This document shows positions 36,679 to 45,886 of a stretch of 56,283 bases of DNA, piece after piece. The stretch is from a virus (Duplodnaviria; Caudoviricetes). Numbering within the stretch: the first letter of the stretch is position 1; each line of letters starts with the position of its first letter. The stretch spans positions 1-56,283 of the IMG/VR virus record IMGVR_UViG_3300036985_002190. One strand, given 5' to 3'. The translations under genes were made by a program, and so were the position numbers. The notes below the pieces were generated by a model. That model saw only the letters and a list, made by a program, of their open reading frames with translations, made no database searches and was not told the origin of the DNA.

Positions 36679-37195
36679 TAGAATACATAGGGTTCATTGT
36701 CAGTATGGCGCCAATGAATATTTCGCCTACTATAAAAAGCATGGAGGAGAATTAGATCGTCATCAATTTGGCTGCGTCCTTAAAGACTTAAACCTTGCAA
36801 TAGCAGAACAGATACTTTCTGGATATGCCTTTAAGATGCCCTCTAGAATGGGCGCATTGGCCATTACGAAGCGCAAGGAGGTCGTAACTATTAAGGATGG
36901 TAAGGTTGTTACCAATAAAAGAATTGACTTCCCTGCAACGCTTAAAATGTGGGAGGAATACCCTGAAACCAAAGAGGCGAAGCAGGTTGTTAGATTTCTA
37001 AACAAACACACACAGGGTTATATATATAGTATTGCTTACAACAGAGCCTATGCTACATTTAGAAATAAATCTGTATATTGCGTACAGGTTAATAGATATA
37101 TTAAGCGCAAGTTAGCCAAGAATTTATTTGCTGGATTCGAGATTGACGCTTTAGTGGAAAAACCAAGATTTAATAATAATACATATACAAATTAA
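36653..37195 (+). CDS. crAss-type IHF/HU-like protein
   Basis: G..FKMPSRMG.L.I.K; IDF..T.K.W; N.HT.GY.Y; NR..KR.LAK. Confidence 0.7.
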   Translation: MQPTMEIDNRIHRVHCQYGANEYFAYYKKHGGELDRHQFGCVLKDLNLAIAEQILSGYAFKMPSRMGALAITKRKEVVTIKDGKVVTNKRIDFPATLKMWEEYPETKEAKQVVRFLNKHTQGYIYSIAYNRAYATFRNKSVYCVQVNRYIKRKLAKNLFAGFEIDALVEKPRFNNNTYTN

Positions 37196-37196
37196 T

Positions 37197-37769
37197 ATGG
37201 CAATAGAAATTTATCAATCGAACGCTGGCTATCTATGTGTAGGTGATAGAGAAGTCCCATTATATAATACACAGTGGGTTCATTCAACTAATACTGGATT
37301 TGATTATATCACAATAATCAATGGAGATGATGTTGTAATTAAAAATACGCCACTTAGGCATATTGTTGATGGTAATGGTGGTGGGTATGCGAACTTAGCA
37401 GCATGGACTGCTTGGTGGAATACCCTTCTAACTAATAACAATAGACCATACTTTGTCTACACTGTATTCTTAAATCAGACTGGGACTAGCGCGCCAATAC
37501 CAACAATATTAGAGGATAGTATTGGTCTACCGACTTGGGCTAGAACTGGTGTTGGTACATACACGTTAACAAAAACTGGATTCTTTACGGTTGGTAAATC
37601 TGTACCTAAAAAGGCAGAGCAATACTACGACAAAGATTTAAATAGATTTGTGTTAACCCCAACCTCAGCAAATTTATATACACTGGAAACATTTGCAGCA
37701 ATAGATGATCAAACGCTTGCCGATGGAGTACTTGTTGATCAATATATAAATATAGAGGTATATCAATGA
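37197..37769 (+). CDS. Putative fibre-associated structural protein
   Basis: VYT..L.QTGTSAP...ILE..IG...WARTGVGTY.L; IEVY C-terminus. Confidence 0.6.
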   Translation: MAIEIYQSNAGYLCVGDREVPLYNTQWVHSTNTGFDYITIINGDDVVIKNTPLRHIVDGNGGGYANLAAWTAWWNTLLTNNNRPYFVYTVFLNQTGTSAPIPTILEDSIGLPTWARTGVGTYTLTKTGFFTVGKSVPKKAEQYYDKDLNRFVLTPTSANLYTLETFAAIDDQTLADGVLVDQYINIEVYQ

Positions 37770-37915
37770 TGTGTGCATTTTCAAAAACATTTAGTCCAAC
37801 ATGTTGCCAACAGTCAATAAAGATTACGCTCAATATCAATCGCTTAATCGAGGAAGATGCAACCCAATATATAACCGAAGAGGATACTACTCAGATGATA
37901 ATTTCAGAAGACTAA
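37766..37915 (+). CDS. Small 49-aa protein with repeated (L/I)(I/T)EED motif
   Basis: Translated by hand: MMCAFSKTFSPTCCQQ...RLIEEDATQYITEEDTTQMIISED; ATGA overlap with upstream gene. Confidence 0.55.
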   Translation: MMCAFSKTFSPTCCQQSIKITLNINRLIEEDATQYITEEDTTQMIISED

Positions 37916-37932
37916 CATTAAAGGAATATAAA

Positions 37933-38586
37933 ATGAAAAGACTAATATTTTTAATAGCTGTACTATTTTCAATTACAGCCGTTGCGCAAATTAAACCATC
38001 GCAAATGTCTGCTGCCACAGTCGCAGCAATGAAAACAAAACTTGGGGTAATGACTCAGACTGAAGCAGATTTGCGTTATCCATTAATTTCAGATGGTGAT
38101 CCAACACCGATTTATACTCAGGCTGAAGCTAACGCAATATTTTCTCGTCGTGTATTATCATCAAACGTTCAAACGCTACACACGGGAACTACAGCAGAAA
38201 CTACCATATACACTGGTACTATTCCTGAAAATTCAATTGGAGTAAATGGAAGTTTTAATTGTGTTATACTTTTAAAATTTACGAATAATGCCAATACCAA
38301 AACTGTTAGGATTAAATTTAATGATACGACCGTTTGGTGGTATCAAGGATCGTCAACTATGACTCTTGCGAAGTCTTATGATCTTAATAATAGAAATTCA
38401 TTAACCACACAGGTGTCTGGTAATAATGCAACTTCAAATTATGGAAGTTTTGGCGGTTCTAGTGCTGATGTAAGTACTTATACTTTTAATACATCAGCAG
38501 ATATAATAATAACAATTACCGTAGAACTTGCAACAGGTACTGATTCTTGTGGATTTGAGTTTTTTAGAATTATTGCTAATCCTTAA
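37933..38586 (+). CDS. Short fibre-like protein with Sec signal peptide (start moved to ATG 37933)
   Basis: MKRLIFLIAVLFSITAVA|Q; TQTEADLRY and YTQAEANAIF shaft repeats; jelly-roll-like tip. Confidence 0.7.
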   Translation: MKRLIFLIAVLFSITAVAQIKPSQMSAATVAAMKTKLGVMTQTEADLRYPLISDGDPTPIYTQAEANAIFSRRVLSSNVQTLHTGTTAETTIYTGTIPENSIGVNGSFNCVILLKFTNNANTKTVRIKFNDTTVWWYQGSSTMTLAKSYDLNNRNSLTTQVSGNNATSNYGSFGGSSADVSTYTFNTSADIIITITVELATGTDSCGFEFFRIIANP

Positions 38587-38590
38587 TCGC

Positions 38591-40591
38591 ATGAGAAAAA
38601 TACTAATTATTTTAATATTGCTGCTAAGCATAGTAAGTCATGCAACAACCTATCAAATAGCAAATCAGACAGCTTTAGCAGCTTTTAATCAGAGTTCTTT
38701 AACAGCTGGCGATAATCTACTATTACAGAAAGGGCAAGTGTTTACAACCCCTATTATAATAAGTAATTCTGGAACTTCAGACAATCCTATAACCATAGGT
38801 GCATACGGAACAGGGGCGAATCCAATTATCACAGGTTTTACGACAATTACCGGATGGACAAATGAGGGTGGTGGTATTTATTCAAAAGTCATTATTTCCG
38901 ACGCTCAAACCAACGTGGTTACCGTTGATGGCGTAAATACTGCTATGGGCAGAGCTCCTAATGCTGGCACGTTTAATACTTATGAATCTTGTTCCGGTCA
39001 TGTGTCAATTACTGATAACGGTCTTGGAACTTCAACTAATTGGAATGGTGCTGAAGTTGTGATTCGTAAAAACAATTGGACATGGGATAGGGGGTTAATT
39101 ACAAATCATACAGGAGATGTATTAACCTATACTGATTTAACTCTATCCAGAACTGCAACAGCTAATTATGGATATTTTTTTCAGAACGATCTACGAACGC
39201 TGGATCAATTAGGGGAATGGTATCATAATACATCAAACGGTAAATTTTATATGTATTTTGGTGTAGTTGATCCAACAACTAAAACAGTCAAGGTAGCTAC
39301 TAAAGATTATGGAATCTATAATTACAACGCAACAAATTCTTATGATTATGTAACCTGTGACAATCTAAATATTGTAGGTTTTATTAAATCGGGTATCTAT
39401 TTAGCAACAGGCACAACATATAATATCGTTCAGAACTGTTCAATTAATTTTTGTGGCAGAAATGGAGTTGAAATTTTAGGTAACGCCAATCACAACACTA
39501 TAACTGCTAATTTAATTTCTAATACCACAAATGGGGCAATTTATTGTTCAGGTACATCGTCTTACCTAACTGCAACAAATAATACAATATCAAACACAGG
39601 GTTGGTTATAGGTAGTAATCTTGGAACTAGCGGACACTATACAGCAATCTCAACAAGTTCGACCAATGATCTAATACAGTACAACAGCATTACGAATACC
39701 GGATATGATGGTATGTACATCAATGGAAATAGTACTGAGGTTCGAAATAATCTATTTGATAATTCGTGCCTTGTATTAAATGATGGAGGAGCAATTTATG
39801 TCAGCGGTACTCATACTTCAGTTACTATTGACGGAAATATAGTTTTAAATTCTTCTGGCTATACGCTTGGAACGCCAAATTTAAAACAATATAGTCAGGG
39901 TGTATACTTAGATGAATATTCCAATGGTATTACAGTTACAAATAATACAGTTGCAAATTGTTCTTATGCGGGTATTTTTGTTCATAAAGGGCATGATGAT
40001 ATTATTACAGGAAATACTTGCTACAACAATTTAATTGGTACTACTTTTCAAAGTTGGTTAAATGAAGCTAATCTGGCGAATAATACATTTAATGGCAATA
40101 TATGTGTTGCAAAATCAGCCACGCAAAACCCTCTAGTTTTTGTTTCTGACTATAGCGGATATGCTACCAGCTTATCAACATTCACTATGTCGTCAAATTA
40201 TTATTCCCGTCCAATAGATGATAATGCTTCAATAAATACATATATATTAGGAACTTCTACAAATAGAACACTTGCGCAATGGCAATCTTTTTCAGGAAAA
40301 GATGCTAATTCCAATAAATCGCCACAGGCAATTTATTCAGAATCTGATTTACAGTTTGAGTACAATGCAATGGCAACGGCAATGCCAGTTACATTGAGTA
40401 GGGCAATGATTGATGTAAAAGGTCAGAAATATGCTACATCTACCATTTTATTGCAGCCTTATACATCAATTGTTTTAATGGTAGATGCAAATCCTTCAAT
40501 TATTGGTAATCCACTTGGGAAAAAAATAATTCTTAGAAACGGCACTAAATATTATATTAATCCTACAAATGGTAAAATGAGAGTTAGGTAG
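38591..40591 (+). CDS. Right-handed parallel beta-helix protein (putative polysaccharide depolymerase) with signal peptide (start moved to ATG 38591)
   Basis: MRKILIILILLLSIVSHA; AGDNLLLQKG...SGTSDNPITIGAYGTGANPII; LDQLGEWY; Asn-ladder repeats; DGGAIY; GVYLDE. Confidence 0.85.
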   Translation: MRKILIILILLLSIVSHATTYQIANQTALAAFNQSSLTAGDNLLLQKGQVFTTPIIISNSGTSDNPITIGAYGTGANPIITGFTTITGWTNEGGGIYSKVIISDAQTNVVTVDGVNTAMGRAPNAGTFNTYESCSGHVSITDNGLGTSTNWNGAEVVIRKNNWTWDRGLITNHTGDVLTYTDLTLSRTATANYGYFFQNDLRTLDQLGEWYHNTSNGKFYMYFGVVDPTTKTVKVATKDYGIYNYNATNSYDYVTCDNLNIVGFIKSGIYLATGTTYNIVQNCSINFCGRNGVEILGNANHNTITANLISNTTNGAIYCSGTSSYLTATNNTISNTGLVIGSNLGTSGHYTAISTSSTNDLIQYNSITNTGYDGMYINGNSTEVRNNLFDNSCLVLNDGGAIYVSGTHTSVTIDGNIVLNSSGYTLGTPNLKQYSQGVYLDEYSNGITVTNNTVANCSYAGIFVHKGHDDIITGNTCYNNLIGTTFQSWLNEANLANNTFNGNICVAKSATQNPLVFVSDYSGYATSLSTFTMSSNYYSRPIDDNASINTYILGTSTNRTLAQWQSFSGKDANSNKSPQAIYSESDLQFEYNAMATAMPVTLSRAMIDVKGQKYATSTILLQPYTSIVLMVDANPSIIGNPLGKKIILRNGTKYYINPTNGKMRVR

Positions 40592-40603
40592 CATTTAATG
40601 CTA

Positions 40604-40634
40604 TTTGAAACAATGTTTTAAATAACTACCTTTG
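40604..40634 (+). promoter_or_regulatory. Bacteroidota promoter for the tail unit
   Basis: TTTG (40604-40607), 19-nt spacer, TACCTTTG (40627-40634). Confidence 0.75.
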
Positions 40635-40652
40635 CAGTAAATAAAAATAAGA

Positions 40653-41384
40653 ATGGATACTAATTTAAATAATTACGTTTCAGTAAAAGAGATTATAGAT
40701 GGATTGATGCATTATCCGTCAATGAGAGATCTACAATATGACTCAGCCATTAAGTGGACGGTAGATATTATGGGTCTTATTGGTAGTTACGACTTATATA
40801 AAGATGAGCGCGATCTAGTTGAGATACATTCACATAGAGGTAAATTGCCAAGTGGGGTAGTTCGAGTAGATCAGGTTCGCAAAGTTAGTGGTAGTTACCC
40901 AAATATTAGGTATGATGCAATGCAATATGCTTCTGATGCATTTCAGGTAGCATACGATAAATATCCATCAACATATACTAAGGCTACGCAGGAGTATACC
41001 TATAAGCTTCAGGGTGATTATATTTATACATCATTTGGAGAAGCGCTGATAGAAGTTGTCTATAAAACATTATATACAGATGATGATGGGATCATAATGG
41101 TTCCAACAAATACATCACTATCAAAAGCTATTGAAGCATATATTAAGCAAGAACACTTCAGGGGATTATTTGAGATTGATAAAATATCTAAAGCTGTATT
41201 TGAAGAAGCTAAAATTGAATACTGCTGGTATGTTGCTCAGGCTCAGAACTCAATTATGAACGTAAGTCTTGATGAACGTCAATCTATTAGTAACGCCATT
41301 CATAGAATAATGCTTAACGACGACTTCCATTATAGAGGATTCCAAAACTTAAGCGATCAAGAACAATCTAGAAATATTAGATAA
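40653..41384 (+). CDS. Tail tubular/ring protein (crAss Ttub-like)
   Basis: YVS.KEI.D.L..YP; HRGKLP; TYK.QGDYI.TS; D.DG...VP; EYCWYVAQ. Confidence 0.8.
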   Translation: MDTNLNNYVSVKEIIDGLMHYPSMRDLQYDSAIKWTVDIMGLIGSYDLYKDERDLVEIHSHRGKLPSGVVRVDQVRKVSGSYPNIRYDAMQYASDAFQVAYDKYPSTYTKATQEYTYKLQGDYIYTSFGEALIEVVYKTLYTDDDGIIMVPTNTSLSKAIEAYIKQEHFRGLFEIDKISKAVFEEAKIEYCWYVAQAQNSIMNVSLDERQSISNAIHRIMLNDDFHYRGFQNLSDQEQSRNIR

Positions 41385-44300
41385 TGCTAAAGAAAGCACA
41401 ATTAACATATCGAGGGCTAAACCAAGATATTAGTAATTCAAAACGAGATCCCGGCTTCTACTATGATGCTGGGAACATTCGTATATTAGCGACAGATAGT
41501 AATACCACTGGATCAATATCTAACGATAAAGGTACTACGCTATTATTCGACATCGCTACTGGATATACTATTATTGGTCATGCCACTTTAAAGGATTATG
41601 TGGTTTTATTCTGCACTAATAATACCAATGATATTATATACAGGGTGAATCTTGACGACAACACTCCCGTAATATTATTTACTGGTGATTTGAATTTTAG
41701 TATAGATCATTATATTGAGACTGAGATCAATTATGAATCTGAAGATGTTCAGAAAGTCTATTGGGTTGATGGGGTGAATCAACTTAGACACATGAATATT
41801 ATATCAGATTCATTGCCATATACTCAAGATCAAGCAAAACTATTTGATGCAGTACCAGAGGTTTCATTTAGTGCTATTGAATTGGTATCGGAAGATTATG
41901 GTGGCACTCATACAGCTGGGATGGTTCAGTATGGTTATAATTTAGTTAATCAAGGTGGCAGTCAATCAGCATTGAGCCCACTAACTCAATTATATCCATT
42001 ATCTAAGCAAAATAAAGGCGGGCTAGTTAATGAGGTTGTTGGTAAGATTCTTAATCTTAAGATTACCGGCATTGACACAACCTATGATATAATCAAATTG
42101 TATAGCATTAAATATTCTGGATATAATCAAACTCCAGTTGTTAATTTGATTGCAGAAGAAAGTATTTCTGGAAGCGACTTTACATATTCAGATGATGGCC
42201 GCATAATTACCACTTTAACGGCTTCTGAGCTATTATTTCTCGGAAGTACACCAATCATACCAGAAGCATTAGTAAGTAAGTATAATCGCCTAATTTTGGG
42301 CAATATAAAGGAATCTTACTTTGATGTTGATACTTCTGTTTATGATACCAGAGCATATAGATTTCCAATCAATTCAATATCTACTAGGATTAAAAATAAA
42401 GATGATGTTGGCTATGCTACAATTGCATATAATACTGCATTAGCAGCAGAGCATGATTGTATCAACCCATTTGACGATTTATATCTCTATAAGAATAACT
42501 CAACCATATATGGAGCCACCGGGCCAAATATAACTATTGAAGTTAATCAGGTTGCTTTAGATAATCCTAGAAACGTACTTAAGTCTAATGAAATATACAG
42601 GCTTGGTATTGAGTTTTTTAATAAGTTTGGTCAGACTACCGCTCCAAAGTGGATTGCTGATTTGTATGTTCCGCAAGGTAATCTTGATGGAAATTATAAT
42701 ACACTTAAAGTTACACTAGCAAATACTAGCGCTTTAACTTCCGCTGGCGTTGTTGGTTGGAGAGTGCTTAGGGTTGAGCGCACAGAGCAAGACAAAACTA
42801 TTTTATGTCAAGGTATTGTTAATCCATCAATGTTTCAGGATTACAAGAATAAGCTTGGCATGTATGCTACTGTAGGTTATGGCACTACTGCTGCTGATGC
42901 TGGATGGACTAAGCTGCCGTCGCCATTTATGCGCAACTATACAGACCTTCAGGATACATATAGAGCATCTGGATTTACATCTGGTTATCCAACTATAAAT
43001 AAAATAACACACGGATATCCAATAGATTTACCAATGACTGGGCATGTATCTGAGCATCCATATCCAGAGATTATAAAGCAAGATAGTGTAAATAGCATTC
43101 ATAATTCATATGAAGAGACTAGATTATTCCAACTATATTCACCAGATATTACATTTAATGAACCAAACTTAAGCGAGAATCTTAAATATAAGTTTGTAGC
43201 TTCCGTTGAAAACGTTTTATTAAATTGCGGAGAATGGTGTAAGCAATATTTAACTGAGGATTCATATAAGTATGGAATTACTAGTGGTATAATTGCCAAC
43301 GAAGTTAGAGCATCTGGAGTTATTAGCTTGTTTGCTACAGCCAAGAGTTTAGGTGAATCTGCTATCCAAGGAAAGGCCGAGCCTAATCAGAATGGTTTAT
43401 TGGGTGGAGCTGGTGGTGATACTAAACGAATGAATAATTATCACTATTGGAGAAAATATACATTTAAGAACTTTGCTTCAGCTAATAGTTTTGATGTCTT
43501 AGGGACTCCAATGTTGTCTGGAGCTGGTGAATCATCTAAGGTATATACAGCCACGGTAGCAAATGTTGAATCTAAATATAAATTTAGTAATCATTTATAC
43601 ACAGTAGTTACAGATAAGAATCCTGCTGACGTTGAAAGGACTGATGATTTAATCCTATCTGTAAATAGCATTGGAGCAAAATGCCTTAATGTAGTTGAGT
43701 TTAATCAATCTAGATTAGAGTCATGTTTATATGTAGCTGGGATAACCGGATCTGCCACTGGATTGATTGAAGTGTCAAGAGCTTTAGACAACCAATATGG
43801 AGGCAACACATATGAATCACGCAGTAGAAATGTATACATGCGCATTGGCTCGTATTTACCAATATCTAGCACAGTGGCTCAAATCAATGAGGCTGGTGAC
43901 ACATTTGTAGGCACATATAGCTTTGAGAGAGTTATTCCGAATACAACTCAGGTTTTAGATAACAAGTATCTATCACTATGTGAGATTGTTGATTTTCCAG
44001 TAGAGACGTCTGTTGATCTTAAAAATAGATCTGACTGGTCTTCTGATGGATGGGATGCACACTTTCAGCCAACATATGATGAGTACCATAACTACAATAG
44101 AGTATATTCTCAACAACCAATATTTAACACAACAACAGCAACTCCATTTACATTTGTAGAGCGCAAAATCTTTGAAAACAGATTACTTGCGACTAAAGTT
44201 AAAGTATCTGGTGAGCTGGTTGATGGTTGGACTGATGTACAAATCAATGAAGAATTATATGTAGATGGTAATTATGGCGGTATAGTTAAGCTTATTAAAA

Positions 44301-45217
44301 ATAATGACTTAGTAGCTTGCTTTCAAGATAATGCTGTATGTGCTTTACTTATTCAGCCTAGGGTTCAAACTGTTGGTACAGATGGAACTTCTATTGAGTT
44401 GGGTAGAGGTACTATATTATATGACTTTAAATACATTACAACTACATCTGGAGGGACTAATAAACAGTGTATATTTAGATCGCCAAGTTCTATATATTAT
44501 TTAGATTCAATTAATAGATCATTAAATAGAATATCTAGCGATGGCATCCAGGGAATCTCAGATGTGCATGGATTGCATACATTAATGTATAATACTGTCA
44601 GCGAATCTAATGTTGGCTCAATGTCGATTGTTGGATGTTTTGATCAGGTAACTAATGATGCTTATTTTACAATGCCAAACTTAACTATTGCATTTAATGA
44701 GCAGACAAATAGTTTTGTGAGTAAATATAGCTTTATACCAAGTAGATATATCTCAACATATAAGGGATTATTATCCTGCCATATTAATTCTATATCTAGC
44801 GACATGGCTGTGTGGCAACATAATACAGGTAATTATGGTAACTATTATGGAGTAGAATATGATTCTTATATTACATTATTAGTTGCGCCAGAACCAGATA
44901 TTGATTGCGTATTAAATAATATTGAGTTTAAGTCTGAGGTGTATGATAACGGCGTAGATGTTCCGCTTGTTACAATGAGTAAAATTAGAGCATGGAATAA
45001 TTATCAAGATTCAAATACTCAGACCTTAACTGTAGGTCAAAATATTAAACGTAAATATAGAGATTGGAATCTATTTATCCCAAGAGTTTATGGAAAACCA
45101 TTGCAACGCATTAGAAATCCATGGAACTTCTTAAGATTAGATTTCGATAATACAAATAATTATAGATTAGTTTTACATGATACACTCGTCAGTTATGACG
45201 CTATATATCGAAAATAA
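41384..45217 (+). CDS. Tail stabilization/muzzle protein (crAss Tstab-like)
   Basis: GLNQDIS; NIRI; YESEDVQKVYWVDGVNQLR.MNI; YDTRAYRF; QYGGNTY; GDTFV; AFNE...FVSKYSF; RIRNPW. Confidence 0.88.
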   Translation: MLKKAQLTYRGLNQDISNSKRDPGFYYDAGNIRILATDSNTTGSISNDKGTTLLFDIATGYTIIGHATLKDYVVLFCTNNTNDIIYRVNLDDNTPVILFTGDLNFSIDHYIETEINYESEDVQKVYWVDGVNQLRHMNIISDSLPYTQDQAKLFDAVPEVSFSAIELVSEDYGGTHTAGMVQYGYNLVNQGGSQSALSPLTQLYPLSKQNKGGLVNEVVGKILNLKITGIDTTYDIIKLYSIKYSGYNQTPVVNLIAEESISGSDFTYSDDGRIITTLTASELLFLGSTPIIPEALVSKYNRLILGNIKESYFDVDTSVYDTRAYRFPINSISTRIKNKDDVGYATIAYNTALAAEHDCINPFDDLYLYKNNSTIYGATGPNITIEVNQVALDNPRNVLKSNEIYRLGIEFFNKFGQTTAPKWIADLYVPQGNLDGNYNTLKVTLANTSALTSAGVVGWRVLRVERTEQDKTILCQGIVNPSMFQDYKNKLGMYATVGYGTTAADAGWTKLPSPFMRNYTDLQDTYRASGFTSGYPTINKITHGYPIDLPMTGHVSEHPYPEIIKQDSVNSIHNSYEETRLFQLYSPDITFNEPNLSENLKYKFVASVENVLLNCGEWCKQYLTEDSYKYGITSGIIANEVRASGVISLFATAKSLGESAIQGKAEPNQNGLLGGAGGDTKRMNNYHYWRKYTFKNFASANSFDVLGTPMLSGAGESSKVYTATVANVESKYKFSNHLYTVVTDKNPADVERTDDLILSVNSIGAKCLNVVEFNQSRLESCLYVAGITGSATGLIEVSRALDNQYGGNTYESRSRNVYMRIGSYLPISSTVAQINEAGDTFVGTYSFERVIPNTTQVLDNKYLSLCEIVDFPVETSVDLKNRSDWSSDGWDAHFQPTYDEYHNYNRVYSQQPIFNTTTATPFTFVERKIFENRLLATKVKVSGELVDGWTDVQINEELYVDGNYGGIVKLIKNNDLVACFQDNAVCALLIQPRVQTVGTDGTSIELGRGTILYDFKYITTTSGGTNKQCIFRSPSSIYYLDSINRSLNRISSDGIQGISDVHGLHTLMYNTVSESNVGSMSIVGCFDQVTNDAYFTMPNLTIAFNEQTNSFVSKYSFIPSRYISTYKGLLSCHINSISSDMAVWQHNTGNYGNYYGVEYDSYITLLVAPEPDIDCVLNNIEFKSEVYDNGVDVPLVTMSKIRAWNNYQDSNTQTLTVGQNIKRKYRDWNLFIPRVYGKPLQRIRNPWNFLRLDFDNTNNYRLVLHDTLVSYDAIYRK

Positions 45218-45223
45218 TAGAAT

Positions 45224-45886
45224 ATGAGTGTTAAAGGATATATTAAAAATTATAAAAAATGTATTAGATGCAACGAAATGTTGCCATGGAATCAAAAGCA
45301 TTACTCTAGATCAGATTTAAAAACAAATTTTAATAGCGACTGTAGGTGTAGAAAATGTAAAATAGATGCAGTAGAAGAAGACAATTGGAGTGATGGTAAA
45401 TTAAAATGTCATTTTTGTGGAACTTTTCAAGATATTGATCAATTCTGTATAGATCCGAGCAACAAGCAAAAGTATAGAGATTATAGGCATAGGAAGTGTC
45501 ATTCGTGTAAACGAATACATGATAAAACAAATAGAATATATAGATACGGTGGAGACAAGATAACTCACATAATTAGGAATAGATGGGATGCTGCAAATGC
45601 TAGATCTAGAAAGCACAATTTAGAATTCAACATTACAATGGATGACATCTATAATATGATTGTCAAGCAAGACTTTAAATGCAATCTAACTAAAATAGAT
45701 CTTACCTTTGAAATGGGATCTGGTAGAGTCCAAACAAATATGAGTTTAGATAAAATTAATCCAAATCTTGGATACACAAAAGATAACATACAAATAGTTT
45801 GCGCTGCTGTAAATATGATGAAATCTAATCTAAGCAATGACGAATTATATAATTTCTGTGAAAAGATATTAGAAAACAAAAGATAA
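45224..45886 (+). CDS. Putative His-Me (HNH-like) homing endonuclease with Zn-ribbon repeats
   Basis: CxxC pairs; FNIT..D; Q.FKCNLT..DL; SLDKINPNLGY..DNIQIV...VN.MK. Confidence 0.8.
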   Translation: MSVKGYIKNYKKCIRCNEMLPWNQKHYSRSDLKTNFNSDCRCRKCKIDAVEEDNWSDGKLKCHFCGTFQDIDQFCIDPSNKQKYRDYRHRKCHSCKRIHDKTNRIYRYGGDKITHIIRNRWDAANARSRKHNLEFNITMDDIYNMIVKQDFKCNLTKIDLTFEMGSGRVQTNMSLDKINPNLGYTKDNIQIVCAAVNMMKSNLSNDELYNFCEKILENKR

